64,000 bases of DNA, taken from Eledone cirrhosa (Eukaryota). The DNA lies in assembly GCA_964016885.1 (NCBI GenBank), contig OZ024741.1, forward strand, positions 283,092,001-283,156,000, written 5' to 3'. The stretch's first letter is position 1. Each line of letters begins with the position of its first letter. Positions 25,780 to 40,289 of this stretch are shown here, piece by piece. The notes under the pieces were generated by a model that worked only from the letters and a program-made list of their open reading frames with translations, ran no database searches and was not told the origin of the DNA. The position numbers and the translations under genes were made by a program.

Positions 25780-28700
25780 CATGGGAAAACAGAAACAGAA
25801 ATACAAAAACAAAACATAAACAAACATTTATCTCGTTAACAAATGTGCTAAACTTACGCAGCATATTTATTTGTTTACATTTACATTTTGTTCTACTGTA
25901 CGGATGGACAGACAGGACAAAATAACTATTGTGAAATCCATGGATGAAGTGTGCGATAAAATTGGGTGATGTTCCGAAATAGAACATTGCCCAGAAAATC
26001 ACGTCTGTCATCTATGTACAGAACCAGAGAACTCCTTCCGAAATTTATTGGTCGAATGTGGCAAATGTCGTGCTTCTGTTTGCCTTCAGTGTGCCACAAC
26101 TTTCGAAATCCCGGGTCAGAAAAAGAAACACCATACTTCTATGATGGATGGGCTCTGGGAAATGGTCCAGCTAACAAACTGGTCCTTTCAGTGGCTGGCT
26201 TGTATGTTTGCCTCTACTATTGCTACTGAACAACACCAACAAAGACCGAAGATCGTGTCTTCCTCTACCATTGTTCCTGAACAACAGCAAAAACCAAAAA
26301 CCAAAAAAACCAACGACCGTAGCTTCTGCTACTACCCCCGTTGAAGGACTTCATCAACAACAGCAACCCATGTCTTCCTCACCTGTTATTTTTCAACAAC
26401 AACAACCGACAACTGTGTCTTCCCCTACCATGCCTGTTGAAGGAGAACAACAACCAAAATCGACCGTCAATACGGAGTTTGAGGAAATATGGCAAAGGAT
26501 TTCCGCTTTAAGGTGAGAAATAGCGGGAATAAAATCAAGCGTTCGTGTAGAACCTCACAATGAGGGATCTTTCCGGAGTGCCTTGTTAAAAAATCTCCGC
26601 GTACCTCTTGTCAAGCCTAGACGCATTGAGAATGCCACTGAAAGCGTGAAAGTCGGATTGCTTTCCGAACACACCCTGGTTTTCCACCTGATGTCCGCCC
26701 AAAGCTGCTTGCTGCAGCTTCCTTAAACCGCAGCTTGGCAGAACATGAAAGCTTCAGCCTACATGATGATGGGCAGATATGGAAGTTTGTTAAGGCTGGT
26801 GAAACATGGAAAAGAGATACCAGCTGGTCTGAAAACACTGTACCCACAACTGACAATAAAAAAACTGAAAAAAACTCTGGGAAACTAAATCAGAACAACC
26901 TGCCATCCCCTACACATAATCATAGACTGGAATCAAGGTACAAATAGTTGTCCTTGAATGCACGTAGTCTATGCAATAAGATTCATCTTTTTGACTCCTA
27001 CATCAAAAGTATCAACCCTGACTTCATTACAGTCACGGAAACTTGGGCACATTCCTTACTCTGTGATGGGGTTTTCAGCATAACTGGCTACAACTTGTTT
27101 CGTAAAGACCGCATTAATCGTGGTGGTGTAATGGTCTACGTTCGGTCAAATTTGTTGGCAATTCCTTGTGTTGATTTGAACCACTCGTAGCAAGAAGTAT
27201 TTTTCTGCGATATACGTATGACCATGTCAACACTGCTACTTGAAGTCGTCCCCCAAATTACCACCAGGACACTTAACTTTGTGATATCCTCAGAGTTGCT
27301 GCCAGGAAAACAGCCACTAATGTTTTTATTGCAGGGGACTTCAATCACCCTGAGATTGACTGGGAAACCTTTCGTTGGCTGCCAAGTGCAAATGACTTCC
27401 TTGAGCTAGTGCTGGACTCGAATTGGTCCCAAGTAGTCACTTCCCCAACAAGAGGTGACAACACTTTGGACCTTCACCACCACTACTGAAACGGTTATTA
27501 GCGTTACTGCTGAGGAACCTTTAGATGACTCTGATCATGCTATGATCATTGCCAATCTATCCCTCATGGGCAGTAACAAAAACCACAACCATCTCCAAAC
27601 TGCTCACTTTGACTGGAATAAAGCAGACTGGAACTGTTACTGCACCGAGTTGCAATGTCCAAACTGGCTTGAGTTCTACGACTCTGCAGATGTCAACACT
27701 GTACTCCAGAACATCCTAAGCTCAATATGGATAGCATGTGCAGCATCGGTGCCACGTAAGCCGAAAAAACATCCCAAAAGTGCAATTTGGGCGACTGCAG
27801 CAGTCCATCTTGCCAGAAAAGAACGTTGTAATGCTGAACGTGAGTAGAAACTGCATAAATCAGATATCAATAGGAAGAGGCGAAATAAATCATCCTACCA
27901 TCTCAAACAGGTGACAAAAAAGGCAGTGCTTCAATTTGAGCAGCGCATAGCAACCAGCCCTGACAGTAAGGTGTTCTGGAAGTATGTTCACTCAAAGCAG
28001 AGGCCTCACTCTCCAGTTGGTCCTCTTCGCAATCCCCACACAAGCCAGGTTACTGACGACCCGAAGGAATGTGCAGAGCTCATTGCTGAATGCTATGCAG
28101 GCATTTTCACTATTGAAGACCAGAGTGTACCGTCTCCACCACCTATGACACCGGATTCTATTACAACCATGGAATTTACACCTGCAATGCTGCGACGTCA
28201 CCTTAAAAATAAACGCAACCATGCCTCTCCTGGACTTGATGGTGTTACGTACCTGCTTCTCAAACATGGTGGGTACTTCCTTCTGCACCAGCTATCACGC
28301 TTTTTCCAATTCTGTCTGAACAACGGTGCTACTTCAGAACAGTGGAAAACAGCCAGTGTCATTCCTCTGTTCAAAAAGGGTGACCGCATATCACCTGTGA
28401 ACTATCGTCTAGTCAGTCTTACTAGCTGCATTGCCAAACTGATGGAATCCTGTGTCAGAGAAACACTTTGGAACTTCTGGAACTCTCACAGTCTTATCCG
28501 GCCCTTGCAATTTGGATTTATCCCTAACTCCAGCTGCTGTGATCAACTTATCGAGTTTCTTGAAGACATCACCTGGATCACTGATGGCGGCTAATGGGTG
28601 GGTGTTGTTTACCTTGACTTTGCTAAAGCTTTCAATTCTGTGCCACACAAAAAGCTTATGGAAAAACTCTCTGCAATGGGTGTGAAGGATGATCTTTTTA

Positions 28701-29835
28701 ACTGGTTGAAGTCCTTCATTCTCAGTCAAAGAGAGGTAGTCACCATTCTGGGACAGCATTCCTCACCATATGAGATGTCATCTGGTGTATCACAGGGATC
28801 TGTTCTTGGCCCCCCTTTTGTTTGTGGCATATATTAATGACATAGATGCCAACTTAAAGAATGCCACAGTACTGAAATATGCAGATGACATCAAGCTGTA
28901 CCCTGAGATAAAAAGGACAGATCCTGAACACTATAGATCTTGCTTGCAATCTGACCTGGACACAATGCAACAATGGATCACAGACTGGCAACTCAAGCTA
29001 GCTGTGGACAAGTGCACCACCATGCATTTTGGGAGTAAAAACCCAGCGTCCGCATATTCCCTCCACAACACTAATATCAAGAAGTCCTCTTGTGAACGTG
29101 ACCTGGGCATTACGGTCAGCAGCGATTTGCAGTGGACGAAGCACGTCTCTAAAATTGTCAAGAAGGCCGAGGGTGTCTTAGCATCACTCAGCAAGACCTT
29201 TGTCAGCCGCTCACCAGCTATCTATTTAAAGCTGTACATGGCTATGGTGCGGCCACACTTAGAATTTGCATCACCAGTGTGGAACCCCTATCTTGCTCAG
29301 AACATTGACCGCCTGGAAACTGTTCAGATACATGCAACCAAGCGAATACCCTCCATCAGGCATCTATCATACTCTGAACGCCTTGCTTCCCTGGAAATAG
29401 ATACATTGAAGCTCCGACTGGCAACTGACTTGGTAAACACCCATAAAATTATTAACCATCTTGCCAACAACAACCCTGAGTACCTTTTTTATTTCCATGT
29501 GTCTAACACACGTGGGCATGCCAACAAAATCAGAAAACAGCACAGTTCCCATGACATTTTTTTTACGCTCAGAGTTGCTGAAGCATGGAACAAACTACCT
29601 ACATCAGTTGTTAGCTCTCGAAACACTGCATCCTTTAAAACCTCCATGCTTCCTGAGATTCACCAACACTACGCATAATATTCCCCCTCCATACACATAC
29701 ACACATGTATATCATGACTCATACACTATTCACTTCCCTGACATTTGTATATTATTCTATGTACTATACATGCACCTTTGACGAGTTGTAGTGCACCTGA
29801 GCACTTTACACAATAATTTCATTATTATTATTATT
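25780..29835 (+). mobile_element. Near full-length CR1-group LINE (Cys-rich ORF1 remnant, APE, RT), pseudogenised
   Basis: SLNARSLCNK, VTETW, FRKDR, ASPGLDGV, YLDFAKAFNSVPH, QGSVLGP, KYADDIKL, VRPHLEFASPVWNPY. (ATT)n tail. Several stops and frameshifts. Confidence 0.9.
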
Positions 29836-31099
29836 TAATATAGAGTATTGAAAGAATCCATTATACAAGCATTATAGGCAGGAAAGGGCTTTCAAGATCC
29901 GATTATATCTAGCATGGGATTAGGAGAGAAAGGAATATTTTCTCCACTGATCTAAACTTTTAGTCCCTTTTTACAGCTTATCGCATGGTCAGAATTTCTG
30001 GAAAATTCTTAATAAATGCAAGGATTAGCAAAGTGTATCAAATACAGGGCATTTACTCTGAACTAAAAGAGAGGAAGAATTTGATGAAACAAATTCACTT
30101 CCTTTGTGTGGATCAGTCCATTCTATAATACTCCATAAATACTCCAATCTATGAGAAAATAACAAATTTTCTCAGAAAAATAGAAAAAAAATGCAGTCGT
30201 CAAAGTTCTATTTTATTGAGTTGAGATTGCAATGATTGCATACTTAAGGTAAAGCAAACCATCAGTCCATGAAATCTCAATACAATATATTCCGTGTTGA
30301 ATATTTGCGAAATCAGTGCAATGAATAAGAACATTAAAAAAAAGTAAGTCATAGAAAAGTTGTAACACATCAATTGGATGATAAACTATAGAAAGCAATA
30401 CAAAGAAACATTATAAAAAGAACTTGGTCATCATGACTGGTTTCTACAGCTACTTGCTGATAGTATGGACTGCATGCTATTTTCAGAGCATGAGCGCCAC
30501 TACTTTACAGTGTGGGCTGGGTTTATTGTGGAACCGACACTACATTTAAACACTAGGATGCTTGTATACTCAGCCAGGCTAGGAAGGCAGTGATAGGGTG
30601 TTTGGGTGTGAGAGCAGGGCATAGACTACTTGGCGTTTGCCGATGTGAGAGAAGTGAGTGTTTTTTGTGGTATTGTGGAGTATGCTTGGTTTTCCATGTT
30701 GGCATGGTTGGGCAAAGAGGAGGAAATTCAGGGATGAATTCAGTGGTGGTGGTGGTGGTGATGGGGAGCATAAATGTGGGTTGTGGGGACAGTCTTAGAG
30801 AGAGAGAGAGATAGAGAGAGAGCGTGAGTAAGTGAGTGAGAAGTGTCTAGCAGTACAGTGTGTCCATCTTTCCATTCTGGCATGGGTTGACAGGGGAAGG
30901 AAGGAGGAGTCAGGGATGTGATTGAGGGACGATTAAGGTGGGGTGGGGGATCAAGTATGTGGTCAGAGAGAGAGACTATGGTGGGGGAGAGGGTGATCAA
31001 GTGTGGGAAGAGAAAGACTAGGTGGGGAATGGATAGTGAGGAGTAGGAAATGAAAGGGGGCTACCTAAATGTTGTTACATTTCTCTGCCTCTTACAACC

Positions 31100-32700
31100 A
31101 TCCTTCCGATTCTCATTTCATCCTGGTTTGGTGTGAATGTGAATCTTCTGTAGCACAGCATATCACCAGATGGCTTGATCCTGAGTCATCTCTGTAAGGT
31201 CCAACTTTTTGAGCTTAGCTTTTACCATTTCATGCCATATTTTACTAGGTCTTCCTCTTGCACAGGTGTCTTCAGCTTTGAGTACCCTGTACTTCTTTAT
31301 GCAGCTCTCATCCTTCAGACACACTACACAGCCACACCAATACAGTTTTGTACACTGCATCCAATCCCTCTTATGCCTAGCTTTTCTCTCAACCCATTAA
31401 TGCGTTCTCATTCTTACACATTCTTACCTCATTTTTTTCCAGTTGTCACAAATCATTTGCATTCAGTGACTCAGTCCCACTTTCAAGCAGCATTGCAGTT
31501 CACACACAGGCATCATACAATTTTCCTTTCACTCTGAGGGAGAGACCCTGTGTAGCTGTAGTGGTAGTAGCTCCCTGAACTTTTTTTAACTGGCCTTCAT
31601 ACTGTACTTTCAGAACACCCATTTACATTACTAATTTGCTTATCTAAGTAACAGAAATTGTCAAATGTTTCTAGACAGCTATCTGAAGGTTTAGTAGAGA
31701 TTGTTTTATATGTGGTTTTGCTGCTTACTGCTCTTGTCTTTCTGCCACATTTGAAGACTACATTCTTCATTAGCTTGCCCGAGATTGCATTACATCTTTT
31801 GCGTACCCACAGTTTACATTTAGTACACAGTATGGAATTCATAGCAACTCCTCTTTTGCATGCAGAGCATGGCTATTTTCCTGCTGTGATCAGTGCTCTG
31901 TCTTCTTTCCTTCTTACTAAGATTTAGTCTTAGTGGAATTCACTGAGGCCTTTCAAATTTCAGGTTTTGTTTCCATATCTGGAAGGTTTTCTCTAATCCT
32001 GCCATGGATTTGTAGTGCCCTACATTCTGATGGCTCTTGAATACATTCTCCATACGTTGTTTGGCTCAGTTCAGCCAATCGCTACCAGCATAGGGAGATG
32101 TATTTCAACTTCCGCCGAAAGGGAAAAATTCCCGCTTCTATTCGAAAATCTCTCTTGCAGCTCGACACCATATAGGTAAACATCTCTTGCTTTCGTTCCT
32201 CAAGCATAGACAATATGTAGCAACAAATATCACTACGGGTCTGGCTAACGCCTCAGCCAGTTGACCGTACCTCCTTAAACTCTTAATTTGTCTATTCATT
32301 TCATTATGGCATGCCAGCTAAACCTTTGTAATCTGTTTGTAAATAAATTATATATTATAAACATTATAAAGTGGTATGATGCTATTTTCCACAACATTGC
32401 TTTTAACATCTTCAATGGTGATTTCTGTGATACAATACACAAATACACACATTCTCAACACATATATATATCATCTATTAACTTCCCCCATAGATACTAT
32501 TTCTAAAGATTCAGCTATGAGAACTAGATCATTTACATATAGCAGTTCCTGTGGGTAACCAGTCATAACTCCTCTTTTATGATCTGGAAGACTCTAATAA
32601 ACAGGAGGAAGCTGAAGACTAAACTTTGGTGGACTCCTATTTGCATGCTAATTTCATTGCTGATTTCATTTTTAACCATAACTTTTCTGACAGCATCTTT
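31100..32700 (-). mobile_element. Decayed RTE LINE (3' part), split by the insert at 32011-32507
   Basis: NSILCTKCKLWVRKRC and FCYLDKQIS fragments. The RT sequence continues across the GATT TSD. Confidence 0.8.
32011..32507 (+). mobile_element. Solo-LTR-like non-coding insert, 4-bp TSD GATT
   Basis: GATT at 32007-32010 and 32508-32511. Ends TGTAGTG...TTCTAAA. The block 'tcagccagt..accgtacct.ctt.aactcttaatttgt...tttgtaaataaattat' is shared with 11961-12651. Confidence 0.75.
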
Positions 32701-33960
32701 ATTCATCACCTGTCACAAGCCATTCATCTATCCCTTGTTTTGAAAGAGTCCATCAGATTACATTGTAACTGTTTTTTCCTGGTCTCTTAGGTTAAGCTGA
32801 ATGATCATGGGCTCTTTTTACTGATTTTGATCATGTAGATAGCATGTTTCACATTTTGTGATGTATTCTTTTACCTTTGGTATCAATCGCAGCCAGTAGA
32901 CAGTGTCTTTAGCTCGTTTGTACCGGGGTTTGTTGAGTGCAATTTGGAAAGGATCAGAAAGAATCATACGACTTAAAGATCAGGGAATTATGACACGACA
33001 GCCACAAAATACTAGGCCATCGATACTTAAGTGTAACATTGTATTTCTGGAGTTGGATAAGCATTCTCTGCAAACCTTTTGGAGCTTTTTTATTATTGCT
33101 TCAAGAGGTTTATGATCTGTGTGGATTTCTGTGTGTCGACCAAAAGTATAATCATTAAAATGCTCCATTGTAAACACAATTGCTAGCATCTCTTTCTCTA
33201 TCTGTGTGTTGTTTTGTCCACTCGATGTTAGCATATGGCTTTGGTAGTCTATTGGTAGTCATCTTGGAGTAAGACTGCTCCTAACTCATATTGACTGCTA
33301 TCGCATTGTGCAACTAGGGCTTTTGATGCGTCATAATAAACAAGCACAGGTGTTTTGGTAATAAGGGTTTTGATTCTTTTGAATGCTTTCTCATATTTAG
33401 AAGTCCAGATTCAGAGTACACCACTTTGCAGGAGGGCTCTAAAGGGTTCTATTTCATAAGAATGATTGGGAAGAAACCTACCGAGGTAGCTCACCAGGCC
33501 ATGAAACCATGACAAACTTGCCGCATCTGATGGTTGTTGCATCCTTTGTATTGCTCGGAGAATAGCCGATGGTTTTATTGGTGGCTTCTCGTCAATGTCA
33601 TTTGCCAGCACAAAATTTCCATACCACTTTCTCCAGTTTTTCCACTTTTCTTGTAGCTGGTTATCATCTTCATATTTAAAAAATTCAAGTGGATAGGTCT
33701 GAACCATTGCCACCATGTTTTAAAAAGTCTGGTTTCTATAATTGGACTGTTAAATCCTAGGCTCTCTGTTCAAGACACCCAACCATACCATAGAGTCCAA
33801 CTGCATAAAGTTGTTTATTTTGTACAAAACAGAGTAGTTATAGTAAAGACAGAGCATGCAAGCCTTGTGGGCACATGAGTCATCCTACGTGAGACACACA
33901 AACGTAGAGTAGTTCAGATAGAGTCGTTAGATAGGGGAGGGGATGAACATGTGCACTATC
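32700..33960 (-). mobile_element. Internally deleted Gypsy LTR retrotransposon remnant
   Basis: RNase H IEKEMLAIVFTMEHFNDYTFGRHTEIHTDHKPL, RT-linker GLVSYLGRFLPN, gag start WKNWRKWYGNFVLA, and a PBS-like TGGTGGCA just after '...aaaaCA' at ~33716. An LTR-like segment extends to ~33960. Confidence 0.8.
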
Positions 33961-33961
33961 A

Positions 33962-34390
33962 TGCTTTTGGTCCTTGAGCATAAGACATGGGCAAACTTCT
34001 TAGTTTTTGCTTCACCTAGATGTACCTGGTGCTTAGTTTCCTTCCTTTCTTCTTTGTATAAAACCCAGCTTCTCTCATTCTTCCAGTCCTTCCATACCGA
34101 TTTCTCAGCTTTAATCATCACATCTACCCTACTATTCCCGCACTATGTTACCCTCCATTTTCCTTGCACTAGCCACATACTTCGTTTGTAGCCTTCAGCA
34201 AGTTGTCTCACAGGAGACACCATTGTTCCTCTATATTGTAAGTTTTTTTTTAATCCTTTTCCATGCTGTAGTAGATATCAAGCAGGTCTCCCTGAAGTTG
34301 TCCCTAACTGAGGGCTCTTTCAGCTTCCATGTTTCTCTCCTCCAGATTGCCTTCTGTCTCCAATTTTATCTGGCTCTAATTTTCAAAATT
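33962..34390 (-). mobile_element. RTE LINE fragment (APE-RT linker)
   Basis: KAEKSVWKDWKN...ETKHQVHL, homologous to 46300-46520. Confidence 0.7.
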
Positions 34391-34599
34391 TCTTGAAGCT
34401 TCCTGAAGCACAGAGGAATGGATAATCAAGAATAACTGTAATTTTCTTTTTCCTTTCCTTGGAAGAAGTAAATGCTGATTAACACAGAAATAAACTGCAC
34501 AAATTACATTGCAGTGCTCATCACAAATATCATTATCATGAAAATGATTAAATAGTTTTCAGAGATGATGCAATATTCTGTTGAATGGAATGACTGGAG

Positions 34600-34790
34600 T
34601 TTCCTTTTCACATCAGTTGCTATTGAGAACTCTGGTGTCCTTGGTTCCTCCACAAAAGCAGAAAGACAGCAGCCCACCTGAAGCCCTGTGGGGCAATCTA
34701 GCTGTTGCAGCAGGTGTCACTAGCCATTCTCTGTGGCAATGCCTTTGCCATTCTGTCTGCTGGGTACAGCCGAATCACCACCAAGACTGG
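34600..34790 (+). mobile_element. CRE-like restriction-endonuclease LINE C-terminal fragment
   Basis: Frameshifted VAIENSGVLG...LLQQVSLAILCGNAFAILS resembles the CRE-clade 'AVETLG...QRLSLA+QRGNA' end. Confidence 0.5.
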
Positions 34791-35764
34791 AATGTAGAGT
34801 CTGTCCCTCCCTCCCACTTTCCTTTTCCTTTGTTGCTTAATTCTCTTTTTTCTTTTTCTTCTTTCCTTTTCCTTTTTTTTTTATTTCATTTAAATATTAT
34901 TATACTATATTTAGCTAAGGAGGTAGAATTGTTTTTTTATTTTTCATTCTTAAAAGAATGTAAATGTGAATGAAAACAGATATTTGGTTGTTCATTCAAT
35001 TAAGAACTACTTTGAAAAAATATTTGCTCTGTTCAACCAGGCAAAAAATATGTATGGTGTGAGAATTCAATACATGATAATCACTGTCAGATATCAATCA
35101 TCAGAAATTCTCTTAAAAACTATATGGAGATGTGAAAACTAGATTTAGATGAAGAATAAATTATACTTAATTCCAATATATTTTTGAATTTGTCTTTAAT
35201 CAACTTGATCACAAACAAAAACTGTTTTAGCTAAGTCAATATTTTATGAAATCTCTTTCGAAGAAAAACGTTTTTCTTTAAATAATATCAAGTTAGGTCA
35301 ACCAATAATATTCTCTATCTTCAAAGCTGCCACCAATCCTACCTCTAAAAATAATGGTCCTGAAAACACAAGAGGGAAGCACACATGCTAGAAATAACAG
35401 CCAGCTTATTCTCTTCTATTTCAATTTTAACTGGGTAAATTTTGTTGAGCATAAATTCAAATTGAAAGATAAACAAATAGTAATCTAGTAGACACCAAAT
35501 TTAAGTAGAGTTCTTGCATTTTTAAGTGGTAGGTCTAAAATAAGTAATTTTTTTATATATTGAAGACTCTTGTTACCAAATTTTTATTAAACATAAAGAT
35601 TGAATCATCATTTGTATACATGTAAAAAAAAAGCATTCTACTTTTATGTTGCAGATTAGGTACCATTTAATCCACATTCAGATACATTTTTCTATATATT
35701 GAACTCCTTATCATCATTTTCGATAGATTTTAGAGATAACTGAAACTTCAATTTTGCACTCTTA

Positions 35765-35803
<39 letters not shown>

Positions 35804-36347
35804 CACATATGTATATATGAGAAAAGCCAACAAGTAAAAACATGGGAGAACAAAACAATTCAATGATAATATACATGTAGTTCAAGTCCTGTAGAAGTCA
35901 TTTCTATATGAAATAAAGATGTCTGTACTCTACTATCGTATTGAGTGCATCTTTTAACCTGTCTTTTAACCAGTCAGTTGGAACACGTAATACAGTAATA
36001 GAGTTATATATATATATGTATAATAAAATGTTACAGTATCGTGAGAGAGAATAGAGAGAAGAAGCGTTATAGAAAGAGACAATACAGATAATTAATTGCC
36101 ATAAGCAGGTGTATTCGTGCTCGATGCTTGTGCAAACACGGTTAAATATTAGAAGCGTTAATATTTAACTTTGTAACACCTGGATATGAATTTAGATGTT
36201 AAAATCGTACTCATACCCATTCAGAGTTCTTTATTAAATCCTTTATTTTCTTGTAAGCCTCTAAGGAGCCTAACTTGGGCGTAACATGTGTAAGAGCTTC
36301 TTATAAATATATTTTAATGGCTTGCTTCTCTTTCATCAATTTCTTCG

Positions 36348-36392
<45 letters not shown>

Positions 36393-36429
36393 GGTGCCCC
36401 CCAAAAATGTATACATTGATTACCTGTAC

Positions 36430-38085
36430 AGGCAATATTTGAACCATAATTTGGGATCTGGGTGGTCTCATTATGAGGGAGGCCAGTTGGCTACACCAAG
36501 CCTTACGCATAGTGGAGCCCTGGGTGACACCGTTATGAGGAGAGTCTGGCCAGTTGGCTGCACCCTACCCTACTCACATCATCATCATCATCATCATCGT
36601 TTAACGTCTATCTTCCACGCTAGCATGGGTTAGATGGGAGTTGTCCCAATTTGAGGCAAAGTAGGTTGGGTGACCGTGTCTCACTCGTATAGGACTATCT
36701 GGCATGTTGTCTACGGCTGGATGCCCTTCCTAACACCAACCACATTTACAGCGTTGACTGAGATCTTTTTACCGTGTTACCTACATGGCCACACTGCAGT
36801 GTGGACTGTCTGTTTTTTGTTGTGACACCTACACGATCTCGATCTCATTATCTCATTAATTTGGACTGGATGTTGTGGTACCAACTTTACAGAGAGAGGG
36901 TGGTGTTAGTGGGAGTGGGAAGATGGAGTAAGGGTAGTGGATTGGGGTGTATATTTGGTTAAGAGGTGCCTACTGACTGTAGGTTTCACTTTGTACAAGT
37001 GTGTAAGGTCGGAACATAATTTGGGATCTGGGTGGTTCCATTATGAGGCAGGTCTGGCCAGTTGGCCATGCCATGCTGTGATAATAGTGGGGCCATGCTT
37101 GGGTTGGATGTCCTTCCTACCATCAACCACATTATACAGTGTGGAACTGGGTGGCACCGTTGTGAGACAAGTCTGGTTAGTTGGCTGGCATACCTTGTTC
37201 AAACCTAACTGTATTTTGGCTGGGATTTTTACAGCTGGATGCCCTTTCTAACACCAACCATCTTTACAGTGTGGAGCTGGGTGGTCCTGTTATGAGACAA
37301 GTTTGGCCAGATGGCTGTGCCATACCTTACACATATCGGGACTCTGCTCACAATAGAACCGTAATTTGGGGACTGGGTTGACTCATTATGAGGGAGGTCT
37401 GGCCAGTTGACTGTGTCATGCCTTGCTCATAGTGGGGCCATGTTACTGGGAGGTTCTTTTATAAGACAAGTCAAGCCAGATGGCCGTGCCATACTTTGAA
37501 CTTATTGGGACTGTGTGCTGGCTGGGCTTTTATAGCTGTTGGATGCCTTTCTTAACACCAACCATGTTTACAGTTTGGAACTGGGTGGCACCATTATGGG
37601 GAGAGTGTAACCAGTTGGCTGTGCCATACCCTGCTCACAGTGAGACTGTATTTTGGGATTTGGGTGATCTTATTATGAGGGATGTCTGGCCAGTTGGCCG
37701 CACCACACCTTTTTCATAGTGGGACTGTGCTTGGGTTGGGTTTTTACAGCTGCTGGATGTTCTTGCTACCACCAACCATGTTTTTTCAGTGTTGAACTGG
37801 GTGGCACCATTGTGAGACAAGTCTGGCAAATTGGCCATGTATCACCTTGCTCAAACGGGACTATATTTTGGCTAGGACTTTTTACTGCTGGATGCCTTTC
37901 CTAACACCAACCACATTTACACTGAGGAACCTGGGTGGCACCCTTATGTGGAGGTCTGGCCAATTGGCCTTGCCATACCCTGCTCACATCGGAATCTTAA
38001 TTTGGGGACCCAGTGGTCTCATTAGAGGGATGTCTAACCAGTTGGCTGCATCATGTAACTGGGTGGTCCTGTTGTGGACTGGGCT
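36430..38085 (-). repeat. Degenerate tandem array built from RTE 3'UTR-like modules
   Basis: About a dozen copies of the head 'ctgggtggcacc.tt.tgag...gtctggccagttggc' alternate with either the RTE tail motif 'tttacagctggatgcc.ttcctaacaccaacca' or a short spacer. Confidence 0.8.
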
Positions 38086-38399
38086 GGGTTGTGAACTAGG
38101 GGTCTTTTGTCAGGATTGTAAAATATTGTCATCATATTTTTAACAGTTTTTAACGCTGTCCGTGTTTGTATACATGGTTTGAACAGGATAGGTGTAGCAG
38201 GGGCATTAAAAATGGAGGTGTGGTGGGGGCAAGTATGAAGGGTGATGATGAGGGAGGTGAGTGAGTGAGCTCTAAGGTGGGATGCTTAGTTAGTAAAAGG
38301 GAGAGGGGATGGATTGGTATTAAGATGAGGAATGTGTATGGGGAGGGGGTACAGACTAGTGTTCTCTACATATTTGTTTCATCCTATGTACAAGGGAAG

Positions 38400-38945
38400 G
38401 TGGGTCTTCTTCAGTACATCATATCACCAGAGATCTCAATGATGTGTCATCTCCCTTGAGAGGTTTAAAATTGTGCAAGGCCAGATTTTATAACTTCATC
38501 TCAAGATTTTTTCCGTAGTTTCCATTGACTTTGAGCACCCTATACCTTTTTATACAGCTGTCATTCTCCACATGCCTTACATGTCAATGCCACTACAATC
38601 TCCTCTCTTGCACACTGCATCTTACCCTGCTTTGTTATTCATGTGCACTACTTTTACACATTCATTGAAACATGCAAGCTTCATTTATTTCCAATCTTTG
38701 TAGTTCCTCTGTACATAGAGCCCAGGTCTCACTTCCATGTGGCATTGCTGTTTGCACACACAAGCTGCCTTTCATTTTGAGAGAAAAACCCTTTGTAGCG
38801 AGCAGCAGTAGTTCTTTGCCTTTTTTCAATCCAGTTCTCACCCAGGCCACTGTATTTTCAGAACACTAACCTCCACTGCTAAGTTGGTCACCCAGGTAAC
38901 AGAAGCTGTCAACTACTTCTATAGAGCTCTCTGAGAATTTGATAA
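38400..38945 (-). mobile_element. RTE LINE 3' fragment
   Basis: KGFSLKMKG...HGSETWAL...LEINEACM. Confidence 0.8.
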
Positions 38946-39189
38946 GATTAAATAGTGCAAGAAGGAAGACTTATTTCCAAACCAAGCTTTGAAAGCCCCC
39001 TTTGTTCAGATGTCATCTTTAACCTCCTGATTGATTCAGGGTGTCCTCCTACAATCCAGTGCTATACCAAGCCCCTTTTTTCTGCACCATTTAAAGATGA
39101 AGCAGGAATTGCTGAACTGAACAATCTCCAGTTTCATTTCCTGCAGTTTGTTCAGTGAGTTTTCTGAATTATATATGTTTTTTAACATT

Positions 39190-40180
39190 TATTTCATTAG
39201 TCATGTTCTAATAAACTTACATTTGCATGTTGCCATAGAATACTTTGTCAGATATTGATGAATATTCTTTATAAATTTTTCTTGAATACATTTTGATGTA
39301 GAGTTGTGGTAAACTTTGAACATTAGTTTCAAGTGAGCAGCCAAATTTATTTTATAAATGTTTAGTATTTTATCAAATGTTAAAGACCGAGATTGGGAGC
39401 CTCTGGGAGCCGTTGATATAATCCTGAATGCATGTTTTTGTAAAGTATGAAGTTTACTTAATTTTGTCTTCTTGACACTATCCACAGTTAGGTTACCATA
39501 TATTAAATATGAATTAATAAAAGAAAAATATTACATTTTCATTATGTTATAACATTTTGTTATTCAAAAACTTACATCCTCTACAGATTATTCCAATTTG
39601 TGTCAATAGTTTGGATTCTATTGCTTGAAAGTACAATTTCCAATTCAAACTTTCGTCAATAAGGATTCCTAGAAACTTTGTATATCTAGACCTTTTGACT
39701 TCTTCTGAAAGGAAGTTTTTGGGACTGTAAAGGCAGATCTTCATCATTTGGTGATTAACAGAATAGAGTGTGCTTAGTTTTAAGTTCAGAGAAAGCTTAT
39801 TATCTGAATACCAGTCATTTATGAGTGATAATTGGTTGTTCATTTCTTTGAATAATGTACAGTAGTCTTTACCAGCTAAGAAAAGATTTGTATCATTGGT
39901 AAACATGATAACATTTATAAGTGGAACTGCATGGTGCATATCATTGACATATATAAGAAAAAAGAGGGGACCTAATATTGAACCTTGATGAACACCGCAA
40001 GATATTTGGTTTATACTCGGATTCAGAGTCATCAATTTCCACAAACTGATATGTATTGCCTCAGTAACATTCTAACCATGATAGTTTTTTCCAAGTAACT
40101 CCATAATTTGCATGTTTTTTTTTAATGAGTATTCTATGATTAACAGTGTTGAATGGTTTACTGAGGTTGATAAAATCTCC
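39190..40180 (-). mobile_element. L2/Crack-like LINE RT C-terminal half
   Basis: GDFINLSKPFNTVNHRIL, GVHQGSILGPLFFLIYVND, MFTNDTNL, KFLGILIDESLNWK. Confidence 0.85.
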
Positions 40181-40289
40181 ACTTTCACCACGGCATCCAT
40201 GATGTGGAAGGGAGCAAAAGAGTCACTGACTGTGGCATCCTAGATGAGGCATCTGCCTTTTACTCAGGGACAAAGGGTAAGACCATCAG

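Noticed and set aside
36029-36286. Possible solo LTR (TGTTAC...GTAACA)
   Set aside because: The terminal inverted hexamer is present, but there is no TSD, PBS/PPT or second copy. Insufficient support.
36430-38085. CRISPR-like repeat/spacer array
   Set aside because: Eukaryotic context. The repeats are degenerate, the 'spacers' are themselves repeated RTE UTR pieces, and there are no cas genes.
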